Positions 51,348 through 60,275 of a stretch of DNA of 64,000 nt are shown in pieces. The DNA is taken from assembly GCA_049970055.1 (NCBI GenBank), contig JBMFNR010000002.1:244406-308405 (forward strand), read 5' to 3'. The notes under the pieces were generated by a model. It was not told the DNA's origin. It saw nothing but the letters and a program-made list of their open reading frames with translations, and did not search any database. Each line of letters starts with the position of its first letter. Positions within the stretch are counted from its first letter, which is position 1. This DNA is from Fervidobacterium sp. (GTDB lineage: Bacteria; Thermotogota; Thermotogae; Thermotogales; Fervidobacteriaceae). Position numbers and translations under genes: made by a program.

Positions 51348-51397
51348 ATTGTTTAGTGGAGAGTAATTTTAAAAGCTTTAAGTCTAGGAGGAATAAA

Positions 51398-52201
51398 ATG
51401 GAGAAAGCCTTTATCTTAGCTGAAAGTGCGGATGTTTTTGAAAAAAAGGAACTAACAGAACTTTTAAAACATTTACTTAATACACTTAGCGAATCAGAAT
51501 TTGTAAATAAATTAGCAGCTATTATATACAAAAATACCGTTTGTATAGGTGTAAGAGTAATGACCAACTCATACATTAAGATTATTGGGAAATCCGAAGG
51601 ACTTTCAAAATCGCTGTTATCGGATCATTTAAAGATAATTGTCTACTACAAATCTTTGTCGGATTCGGAGTTCTTGCTGATTGATGATTTATTCGAAATC
51701 GCTAAAGTTCACCTATCAAATATATTATACCACAACGAAATAGTAAAAGCGTATTTACACGACCAACTCACGGGCGCATATTCAAGGCATGCGGGAATGG
51801 AAATTTTAGATAAAATGTTTGAAAGTACCAAACGAAGTCAAAGATCAGGCTTTCTAATTTTTATCGATATAGACAATTTAAAAACATTCAACGATAAGTA
51901 CGGCCATTCACGTGGTGACGAATTACTCAGAAATTTTGCAAAGACATTCTTAAGCATCATAAGAAAAAGTGATGTTTTAGTACGTTACGGCGGCGATGAA
52001 TTTTTACTTTACTTAGAGTCAGATGACCCAGAAAAGGTTATTGAACGAATAAAGGCCCACGGTAAAATAGATTTTTCTTACGGAATCGTCAAACTCAGTG
52101 CATTCGACTCGCTCCAAGAAGCTATAAACGCAGCCGATCTAAATATGTACGAACGCAAGAAATTAAGAAAAAAATTAATGCTTAATAGAGATTACGTATA
52201 A
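51398..52201 (+). CDS. Cytoplasmic diguanylate cyclase (GGDEF)
   Basis: ATG after AGGAGG; DQLTG, NDKYGH..GD, RKSD I-site, RYGGDEF. Confidence 0.9.
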   Translation: MEKAFILAESADVFEKKELTELLKHLLNTLSESEFVNKLAAIIYKNTVCIGVRVMTNSYIKIIGKSEGLSKSLLSDHLKIIVYYKSLSDSEFLLIDDLFEIAKVHLSNILYHNEIVKAYLHDQLTGAYSRHAGMEILDKMFESTKRSQRSGFLIFIDIDNLKTFNDKYGHSRGDELLRNFAKTFLSIIRKSDVLVRYGGDEFLLYLESDDPEKVIERIKAHGKIDFSYGIVKLSAFDSLQEAINAADLNMYERKKLRKKLMLNRDYV

Positions 52202-52296
52202 ATCAACTTTCCAATATTTGCTTTTTTGCTCATACACTACTTTCTCCATTCAAATATTCTTAGACATTATTTTTCTCACTCATTCTTCAATTATTC

Positions 52297-52770
52297 TTAT
52301 TGCCGCGCAATCTTTTCTTTTTCAAATTCGAGGTAGTAATCTGTTCTTTTCCTTTCTTTTTCACTTTCAAAAATCGTTCAAAACCCTTACCGTCAAAGTT
52401 ATCAGCCTTAGTACCAAATACAAACGATGATTCAATTAGTTCAAGATGATCGCTGATCAAGTTAAAAATATTTCTATTAATTTATTTATTGTTTGTTGTA
52501 CAAAAACAAAGCTCGTTTTTTGTTTGGAAGTGGTTTTATCCTAACACCACGACCTACGGATTGTAAAACAAACTTTTCAGCATCTGTACTTTTTCCAATA
52601 TTAATAAACAAAACTACATTAGGACGATTGCTATCCCATCCTTCATAAAATCAGCGAGAGCCCATAAGTAAGAATGTTTATATCAGTGTTTATATCTTCA
52701 TTATTTATATTTCTAAATATGCTTTCATCATCTTAAAATTTTCCACAGTATTTTGAAGATAAAGTTGCAT
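52297..52770 (-). pseudogene. Type III restriction endonuclease (Res) remnant
   Basis: Hand translation LMGSR*FYEGWDSNRPNVVLFINIG...FVLQSVGRGVRI (helicase motifs V/VI); stops, frameshifts and a large deletion. Confidence 0.75.
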
Positions 52771-52775
52771 AGTTT

Positions 52776-53489
52776 TCACTTCCACCAGATTAATGGTTTA
52801 ATAAGCTTACAGTCTAAATCTTTCGTATTAATCTTTGTTCCATCTTCAAATTCTACCTCATCTTCCTTTATTTTCTTTATTGCCAGTAATATCTATATGG
52901 TTTTTCTTCAATAGCTTTAGAATATCCTCTGTTTTCGTTATTTTGCCTTTTTCCGAATAAATAACATCAAATACTGTTGTTTTGTCTGGTTTAATTTCTT
53001 TTAACTCATAAATCAAGCTTCTTTCTTCGTTGGCTTTTTTGTGTTCTAAATTCGATACATCAAAATAAAACTTTATCCCATCAATCTCTATTTCTAAGCT
53101 TCTGAAAATCCTATCTGTTCTGTTTTGATATAATAAAGCTTGTGTGTGTTCCAATACTATCTTTATCATCAGTGTAAACTTTTTCGTAAACATTGTTGTG
53201 AAACAGAGTAGAATCAAAGTAGATAGGACCATTCTGTGTGAAATAGCTACTGAAAAATGAGTAAAGTTTATCAAAAAGTTCATCTCTAAAATCAGGATAT
53301 TGCTTGAGAGCATTATCCATATCCTTTTTGAGAAGTTTTTCTATTTTTTTCAGTAGTTAGATTTAATGCGCATCAGGTTGACAAAACGGCCTGTACCTTC
53401 TATTTTGGCACCGATAAATAGACCTCCAATGCTTTGTAAAACTTTTGTTCTTTAACACTCTGTTTCTCGTTAAACATGGTGTCTCTCAT
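52776..53489 (-). pseudogene. Type III-associated DNA methyltransferase (Mod) remnant
   Basis: Frameshifted N-terminus (KFYKALE/LFIGAKIEG/ELFDKLYSFF/TDRIFRS) joined to C-terminus (EFEDG...KPLIWW); directly upstream of the Res remnant. Confidence 0.65.
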
Positions 53490-53800
53490 TTAAAGTCACC
53501 TCTTTTTGGTTTAAATTTTCAATATTGTGCATTGAACTATGTTTACAATCCTCTTATAGTCCTCCAACATGGGCGCTATAAGGCCTTTTAATCTCTCAAG
53601 ATGTCACAATTTCTCTCTAAATTAAACCAACATTGCGGTAATTTCATCATTTTTTAAAATGATAAACACACGAATGAAAACAAAGGGTGTGAAAAGATTT
53701 AAGTGCAAAAGGTTAAGAAAAGAATGTATGTTTATAAAATTATCCTTAAATGATGAGTTTAAGTGGATAAAAAGAATGTATTGAAAGTTCGTTTTTTCAA

Positions 53801-54931
53801 GTGTGTTGTGGTATAATATTTTTGGCAATGAGAAAGAACGAGAATAAGAGAAATTGGGGAGTGGGACACTTGGGGCAAGGGGTTTTTTTGCTTTCTTTAA
53901 CTAATCTTTTTACGATTCAACGTTGGAACAACCGCCCTGCGATTATAAGGTTCTCCGAGGCGGATAATGCGTTCAACACGTTGTTTCTTTCTTTTCTCTT
54001 TAAATTGGTTGAAAAAAAGCCAGTTGAGGAAAGTTTAAAGTGGCGTTTGAAAAGAGAGCTGCCGAAAATAGTGCTCTCTGATGTTTCTTTACAATTGAAA
54101 GAGCGTATCGAACGTTTCTCACCGCAAGTATGGAGGCAAGTTACGGAAAAATCTATTCAAGATCTGCGAAAAATCGCTGGTGATGAAGTTGTGGATTTGC
54201 TGATTGAACCTTCCCAGGAAAGTGACTTGGATAAATTAGCCGACCTTTATATAAGTTACCTTGAAGCGCGCGAGAATGGTAAATTCTTCGATTACAACCA
54301 ACCTCTGGTGGAACTAAACGAAAAGATCGAAAAACTGAAATCACATTTTGACGAATCGAAAATTTCGGTATTTTGGGATCTGGCTCAGTATACTTGGACG
54401 CCTTTGATTAATCTTACTTCGATGGTACGATGGAATAGAAGTCACAGGAATGTGAGAACATCCGTTTCGGGTCATTCTTTTATTGTTGTAACGATATCTT
54501 ACTTAATTGCAAAGTTAATTAGCTTTGAAAAAGTTGAGGAGGTAATTTTAAAATCTATTCTCCACGACTTGCCTGAAGCGTTCACGGGTGACGTAATAAC
54601 ACCAACAAAAAAGAAAGTGCCTGGGCTGGAAGAACTCGTGGGTATTGTCGAGAGAGAAATGGTGCTTGAATGGACGGAAGGTAATGAGAAAACTCGGGTA
54701 TTGAGAGAATACATAGATTTTTGCGTGAATCCATTTGAGGGTGAGAGTGGAAGGATTGTTCGGACGGCAGACTATCTTTCGGCTTTGCTGGAGTGTGCGG
54801 TTGAGATTCGCTCCGGTAATGGGCTTAATGTATTCAAAGAAAGCTTTTTCGAGTTTAAAAAACTTTTGAAGCAGATCTCACCGATAGATGTTTCGGAATG
54901 GATCGATGAGATCGAGTCATATATTCTGTGA
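53801..54931 (+). CDS. HD-domain phosphohydrolase (YfbR-like; start uncertain, probably 53861/53870)
   Basis: Two RWN motifs; SVSGHS; ILHDLPEAFTGDVITPTK; ADYLSALLE. Confidence 0.8.
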   Translation: MCCGIIFLAMRKNENKRNWGVGHLGQGVFLLSLTNLFTIQRWNNRPAIIRFSEADNAFNTLFLSFLFKLVEKKPVEESLKWRLKRELPKIVLSDVSLQLKERIERFSPQVWRQVTEKSIQDLRKIAGDEVVDLLIEPSQESDLDKLADLYISYLEARENGKFFDYNQPLVELNEKIEKLKSHFDESKISVFWDLAQYTWTPLINLTSMVRWNRSHRNVRTSVSGHSFIVVTISYLIAKLISFEKVEEVILKSILHDLPEAFTGDVITPTKKKVPGLEELVGIVEREMVLEWTEGNEKTRVLREYIDFCVNPFEGESGRIVRTADYLSALLECAVEIRSGNGLNVFKESFFEFKKLLKQISPIDVSEWIDEIESYIL

Positions 54932-54966
54932 ATATTCGTGAATAATTGTGAGTAATTGCGAGTAGT
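54927..54966 (+). repeat. Four degenerate tandem 10-bp repeats upstream of minC
   Basis: TGTGAATATT CGTGAATAAT TGTGAGTAAT TGCGAGTAGT. Confidence 0.6.
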
Positions 54967-54991
54967 GGATAATTGATAGGGAGAGGTAGTT

Positions 54992-55636
54992 ATGGTGGAT
55001 TTTAAGATGACAAAAGATGGGCTTGTGCTTTACATCAAAGATTACGCAGATATACTCGATGTGCTTCAAAAGATAGAAGACAAGATAAAAAGTATGGGAA
55101 ATTTTTTTGCAAAAGGTGATAAGATAATGCTTTTAGTTGAGGAACATGAAAAGCATATATCGGATATTCCAAAGATCGTTGCACGTGTTCAAGAACTTGG
55201 CTTAACTATTTCTCATGTGCTCATGGGTTCTGAAGGTATGAATGAGGTTGTTGTTAAAAAGAAAGTGGATATGGTTAACCAAGGCGATACACGTTCTGGT
55301 ACAAAGATAGTGAAGAAAAATCTAAGAAGTGGGCAAAGTATTATTCATTCAGGAGATGTTACATTAATTGGTAACTTACACGCTGGAGCAGAAATTGTTG
55401 CAGGTGGTAGTGTGGTCATATTTGGAAGATGCCAAGGAACAGTTAGGGCAGGGATTAATGAGGGAAGGGAATCGATTATAGCAGCGTTATCTTTTGAAGC
55501 ACCTTTTGTTCAAATTTCAGACGTTAAGGGAACGTTTACCGAAAAGTACAACTTTCCCTGCGTACTTTATGTGAAAGCGGGTAGAATAGAAATCGTCAAA
55601 TATGATGGAAAAATGGGAGGGATCAGTCTTGAGTGA
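54992..55636 (+). CDS. minC: Septum site-determining protein MinC
   Basis: LRSGQ.I...GDV..IG...GAEIVAGG.V.IFG...G.VRAG. Confidence 0.95.
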   Translation: MVDFKMTKDGLVLYIKDYADILDVLQKIEDKIKSMGNFFAKGDKIMLLVEEHEKHISDIPKIVARVQELGLTISHVLMGSEGMNEVVVKKKVDMVNQGDTRSGTKIVKKNLRSGQSIIHSGDVTLIGNLHAGAEIVAGGSVVIFGRCQGTVRAGINEGRESIIAALSFEAPFVQISDVKGTFTEKYNFPCVLYVKAGRIEIVKYDGKMGGISLE

Positions 55637-56669
55637 AATTTTTAAGAAATTATCAACTACCGAGTTACTTTTGAAATTAACCTCGATACCGGGACCTTCT
55701 GGGTACGAAGATGAAGTACTTGACGAAATAAGAAAGGTTATGGAACCATTATCAGATGAGTGCTTCGGAACACCGATGGGAAGTCTTGTGTGTGTGAAAA
55801 AGGGTAAAGGACCGAAAATAGGGTTCTTTGCCCATACGGACCAGATCGCGTTTGTTGTTACGAAAATTTACGAAGATGGATTTTTGAGGTTATCGGGAGT
55901 TGGTGGATGGGACCCGAAAACGGTGATAAGTCAGAAGGTCCATATACACACAAAGAATGGGAAGTTGGTAGGAATCGTGGGCTTTATGCCTCCCCATTTA
56001 CAAACAACGGAGGAATCGAAAAAGGTTCCAGATTACGACCATTTATTTGTTGATGTTACAATGAACGATAATTGGAAGGTAATATCGGTGGGTGACTTGG
56101 TAACATTAGATGTTCAAGGTTTTGAAAAATCAGATGTTGTCTTTGCACCTGCGTTGGATAACAGAGCAAGTTGCGTTGCAATAATTAAAGCGGCGGAAAT
56201 TCTATCTAAGATAAATACCGATGCGCAAGTGTACTATGTGTTCTCCACACAAGAAGAAATAGGCGGGCCCGGAGCCAAAAGTGGGGCTTATTTATCGGAA
56301 GTAGACTATGGTGTAGTAATTGACGTAACTCATGGTGATGAAGATGTACCTGGTTATCCAAAAATAAAAATGGGGGAAGGTCCCGCCGTCGCTGTGGGAC
56401 CGGTTACGAATAGAAAATTTGTAGAGCATATTAAGAAAGTGGCTGGAAGGTATAATATAAAAACACAGGTTGAGCCGATACCGGGAAGATCTGGAACGGA
56501 CACTGACGAGGTACAACTCACCAGGATAGGAGTTAAGACCGCGCTTATTTCAATTCCACTCAAATATATGCATAACCCGTATGAAAAAATTTTTGTGAAA
56601 GATGTCGATGACACAGCAAAATTACTTGCATTTTCTGCTGCAGAGATTTCGGAGGTGGATGAAATATGA
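55629..56669 (+). CDS. M42 family (TET) aminopeptidase
   Basis: AHTDQI, GVGGWDP, ALDNR, QEEIG, DVT, YMHNP; TTG start after GGGAGG. Confidence 0.9.
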   Translation: MSEIFKKLSTTELLLKLTSIPGPSGYEDEVLDEIRKVMEPLSDECFGTPMGSLVCVKKGKGPKIGFFAHTDQIAFVVTKIYEDGFLRLSGVGGWDPKTVISQKVHIHTKNGKLVGIVGFMPPHLQTTEESKKVPDYDHLFVDVTMNDNWKVISVGDLVTLDVQGFEKSDVVFAPALDNRASCVAIIKAAEILSKINTDAQVYYVFSTQEEIGGPGAKSGAYLSEVDYGVVIDVTHGDEDVPGYPKIKMGEGPAVAVGPVTNRKFVEHIKKVAGRYNIKTQVEPIPGRSGTDTDEVQLTRIGVKTALISIPLKYMHNPYEKIFVKDVDDTAKLLAFSAAEISEVDEI

Positions 56670-57676
56670 TGAAATACTTAAAAGAACTTACCGAATTAAA
56701 GGGTGTATCTGGTTTTGAAGATGATGTGAGAGAATACATAAAGGAGAAAATAAAAGATAAGGTGGATGGACTATACGTAGATAGAATGGGCAATTTAATC
56801 GCGTTAAAAAAAGGTAATGGCACAGGTAAAAGGATATTACTCGATGCGCATATGGATGAGGTTGGGCTCATGGTAACAAGTATAAATGAGGACGGAACGC
56901 TCTCGTTCGCTCCGATTGGTGGAGTCGATCCCAGGGTAGTTATTGGTAAAAAAGTGCAAATAGGTAAGGACGTGTTTGGTGTGATTGGATACAAAGCAGT
57001 CCATTTGCAAAAAGAAGGTATAATGAGCACACCAAAGTATTCTGAACTTAAGATAGACATTGGTGCAAAGTCCAAACAAGAGGCTGAAAAGCAAGTCAAA
57101 ATAGGTGATATGGTTGCATTTACTACAAATTACCAAGAGCTTGGTGATTTTGTTATAGCCAAGGCGTTGGATGATAGGTGTGGGTGCAGCGTACTGATGG
57201 ATCTGATAGATAAATTAAACGAGACGTTAAAATCACCTCACGATGTGTATTTTGCTTTTACAGTCCAAGAGGAAACGGGACTGAGAGGACCTGCTGTGAT
57301 AGCAGAACAGGTAAACGTTGACGTGGCGATTGCGGTTGAAACAACGACAAGTGGTGACGATCCGGAACTTGAAAAGCAATTATGGTCGACACACCTTGGC
57401 AATGGTCCTGCGATAACATTTATGCACAGTGGGTACGTTGTACATCAAGAGATCTTTGAGAAGCTCGTTCAGATTGCAAAAGATAACAACATCCCATTTC
57501 AATACAAAATGCGTACGGTAGGTGGTACAAACGCAAGAAGGTACGCACTTACCGGTATACCAGCAGGTGTTGTATCAGTCCCTGCAAGGTACATACATAG
57601 CCCTATTTCATCGATAAACAAGAAAGATTACGAAAATACTCTCAGACTACTTGAGAAATATATCGAGAATGAGTAG
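56666..57676 (+). CDS. M42 family (TET) aminopeptidase
   Basis: DAHMDEVG, KALDDR, VQEETGLRG, GGTNA, RYIHSP. Confidence 0.92.
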   Translation: MMKYLKELTELKGVSGFEDDVREYIKEKIKDKVDGLYVDRMGNLIALKKGNGTGKRILLDAHMDEVGLMVTSINEDGTLSFAPIGGVDPRVVIGKKVQIGKDVFGVIGYKAVHLQKEGIMSTPKYSELKIDIGAKSKQEAEKQVKIGDMVAFTTNYQELGDFVIAKALDDRCGCSVLMDLIDKLNETLKSPHDVYFAFTVQEETGLRGPAVIAEQVNVDVAIAVETTTSGDDPELEKQLWSTHLGNGPAITFMHSGYVVHQEIFEKLVQIAKDNNIPFQYKMRTVGGTNARRYALTGIPAGVVSVPARYIHSPISSINKKDYENTLRLLEKYIENE

Positions 57677-57714
57677 TTATATTTCATTTATGTAAAATTT
57701 AGTAGTAATTGCTA

Positions 57715-57755
57715 TTGACACTAAGTTGACATGATTAAATCAAATTTGGTATAAT
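57715..57755 (+). promoter_or_regulatory. Strong sigma70 promoter of partner B-fervidolysin, with tandem TTGACA
   Basis: TTGACA at 57715 and 57726; 18 bp from the second to TG-g-TATAAT (57750-57755). Confidence 0.75.
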
Positions 57756-57849
57756 AATAAATACGTTAAAGACACAATTGCGATGACGGAGGAATTTCTG
57801 CACATAGATTGTTGAGTACAAGAACATTCTAACGAAGGGGGGATTTACG

Positions 57850-60258
57850 GTGAAAAAGTATGTTTTTACGGTAGTAGCAGTTTTGCTAGTTTTACTCGCG
57901 ATGTTTTCATGTACTCCAACTCCAGTGAACAAACCACCGGTCTGGACTGCGGAATCATACACAGTATCAAGCACGGTAGGTCAGGAGGTAGTATTTGATC
58001 TATCTGACAAAGTTTCAGACCCAGACGGTGATCCAGTAACGATAACAGTTGAAAGCACAAGTGCAACGGTTACGTCGGAGAAAAAGTTTAAGTTCACAAC
58101 AACTGAAGCAGGTAGTTTTGTTTTTAAACTAAAAGCATCCGATGGAAAAGGTGGAACAGCTGTTGCATTTTTGGTTGTTCAAGTTTCACCTGTCCCAAAC
58201 AATAAGCCAACTTGGAAAAATGGTCCTTACACAGCGTCCGTTGAAAAGGGGCAGGTTCTACAATATGACCTTTCAGGGAAAGTTGAAGATCCAGACGGGG
58301 ACAGTGTTACAGTTACTATCGAAGTGCAAGACTTTGGTGCAACTATTGAAGGCACGGTTTTCAAATGGAATACAGCGGGTGTGAACGAAGGGGTGTACAA
58401 TTTCACACTTAAGGCGACAGACTCAAAAGGATTGTTTGCATATGAAAGCTTAACAGTGACTGTTAATCCACCGGTTGTTCCAAATAGAGCTCCTGTTGTT
58501 TTACCTCTTGCAAACGTTTCAGCAAAAGTCGGTCAGGAAATTTCCATAGATCTTAAAAATTACGTTTCCGATCCAGATGGTGATCCTATTCAGATAACCA
58601 AAATAAGTGGCCCTGGTGCAATCGTTGGCACAAAATATGTATGGTTCCCCTCTAAAATTGTTGATTCTTATGAAACTGTTACTTTGAAGTTCTCAGATGG
58701 AAGAGGCGGAGAAACAACGTCAAGCTTCAAAGTTATTGCACAAACACCAGGAAGTGCATCTGTTGTTGTTTACGTGACGGACTACAAGAGTGGACCAGCA
58801 ACCCAGGGTGCGACAGTAAGTATTTTGAGAAATGGCGATGTGGTAGCATTTGCAACAACGGATGAAAACGGAAAAGCTAGCTTTTCGGATCTGCTATTAA
58901 CAAGTACAGATTTCGATGTCTTAATTACAAAAGATGGTTATGCAAAAACATACATCGAAGGGTTAAGATTAAAAGATGGTCAAACACTCGAGTTTGAAAC
59001 GCAGATGAGGGTAGCCACGATCGGAAATACAGCTTCAAATAAACCATTTGAAATCGATTTTGAAATTTTAGACCAGAATGGTAATCCACTTAACGACAAC
59101 ACTGTTTACACGGATAAAATAATGGTAACAGGTATGGCAACTTCTACAGAATACACATTCAACCTCTGGTATGTAAAAGTTGGTGGTGTGCCAGGTACAG
59201 GCACATTTACTAACCCGAGGGTGATTGGATACAGTGGCGAAATTTATGCGGCACCTTCCGTTGCGGAATTTGAAGGAATGACTCCAGTGTACATCGATAT
59301 GTACGATCAAAACGATAATAGGTACGAAAAGATTGTGTACATATACGTTTCGCGAACACCAGCAACAGCCATAACACCATATATTGTTCAGAAATACACA
59401 AATGCTGTTCCAACAGGGTACAATATCGTTTCCGTGGCAAGGCGCGCACCAATTGAATACTACGGTAAAAAAGATCCAAAACCAACCGCTGCAGAAAACG
59501 GAACGAACCTGTACGTTAGGATCTATTGGAGACCGTGGTACTCAACTTCGGGAACAACCAAGCCAAAAGCTTACAAGATTTACAGATCATTCGATGGAGT
59601 TCTCTTCGAACCTGTGGCAATTGTACCAAATACTGTTTATACATTCACAGACTATTCAGCAAAACTGGAACCGAATAAGAAGGTATGGTACGCAGTTTCA
59701 TCTGTTTACGATGGATACGAGGCACCATACACAATTATAGGAAATGTTATACCGCTTCCAATGTTCTCAGTTACAGATGTAAGTCCAATCAACGGCTCAG
59801 TAGACGTACCAAGGGACCCAGAGTTCACTTGGAGATTCAATGGACCAACTACAACATCTGAAGGTAACGTAACTTACTTATATGATATCTGGCTATATGA
59901 CGAAGTGGTAAATGACTACGGCTACTACTCAATTTCCAAAGCGCTTAATGGAAGTTATTCAATATTTGGCCTCATACCAGCATCTGACGGTGGCACGGTA
60001 AACATTAAATTTAGTGATTATACAAATCCAACAAGTCCATACAGGTGGGTTGATTTTGCAGCGTTGAACTGGTATCCATACGATAAATTACAAGCAAATA
60101 AAACATACGAATGGGGCAATGAACTCTTAGCAGCTAGAGTCATTGATAGCACGGATAGATCAATTTCATATGCAATATACATTGATAACAACAATGTTCT
60201 GGGCTTTGGAACTACAGAAACAGAAGTGTACCACAGATTCGTAACTGGCGATAATTAA
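57850..60258 (+). CDS. Large surface lipoprotein: 3 cadherin/Ig-like repeats + protease-partner core (module B)
   Basis: Lipobox MFSC; three N.PP...DPDGD...DG.GG repeats; C-terminal part paralogous to 47085..48656. Confidence 0.85.
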   Translation: MKKYVFTVVAVLLVLLAMFSCTPTPVNKPPVWTAESYTVSSTVGQEVVFDLSDKVSDPDGDPVTITVESTSATVTSEKKFKFTTTEAGSFVFKLKASDGKGGTAVAFLVVQVSPVPNNKPTWKNGPYTASVEKGQVLQYDLSGKVEDPDGDSVTVTIEVQDFGATIEGTVFKWNTAGVNEGVYNFTLKATDSKGLFAYESLTVTVNPPVVPNRAPVVLPLANVSAKVGQEISIDLKNYVSDPDGDPIQITKISGPGAIVGTKYVWFPSKIVDSYETVTLKFSDGRGGETTSSFKVIAQTPGSASVVVYVTDYKSGPATQGATVSILRNGDVVAFATTDENGKASFSDLLLTSTDFDVLITKDGYAKTYIEGLRLKDGQTLEFETQMRVATIGNTASNKPFEIDFEILDQNGNPLNDNTVYTDKIMVTGMATSTEYTFNLWYVKVGGVPGTGTFTNPRVIGYSGEIYAAPSVAEFEGMTPVYIDMYDQNDNRYEKIVYIYVSRTPATAITPYIVQKYTNAVPTGYNIVSVARRAPIEYYGKKDPKPTAAENGTNLYVRIYWRPWYSTSGTTKPKAYKIYRSFDGVLFEPVAIVPNTVYTFTDYSAKLEPNKKVWYAVSSVYDGYEAPYTIIGNVIPLPMFSVTDVSPINGSVDVPRDPEFTWRFNGPTTTSEGNVTYLYDIWLYDEVVNDYGYYSISKALNGSYSIFGLIPASDGGTVNIKFSDYTNPTSPYRWVDFAALNWYPYDKLQANKTYEWGNELLAARVIDSTDRSISYAIYIDNNNVLGFGTTETEVYHRFVTGDN

Positions 60259-60275
60259 GGAAGGGGGGATCGAAG

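Noticed and set aside
51266..51576. Apparent head-to-head overlap of the pilin and GGDEF ORFs
   Set aside because: SD-supported starts at 51288 (-) and 51398 (+) leave a normal divergent spacer
52218..53828. Small ORFs 52218-52430, 52858-53313, 53111-53320 and 53622-53828 as independent genes
   Set aside because: Two are fragments of the Mod pseudogene; the others are low-complexity AT-rich frames without an SD
55629..57676. M42 genes as endoglucanases
   Set aside because: The metal-binding aminopeptidase motifs are present; 'cellulase' is a known misannotation of this family
57760..57849. T-box or riboswitch in the leader of partner B (GCGATGACGGAG)
   Set aside because: Only ~90 nt long, with no T-box GGTGGNACC motif and no terminator; the short ORF MTEEFLHIDC has no SD
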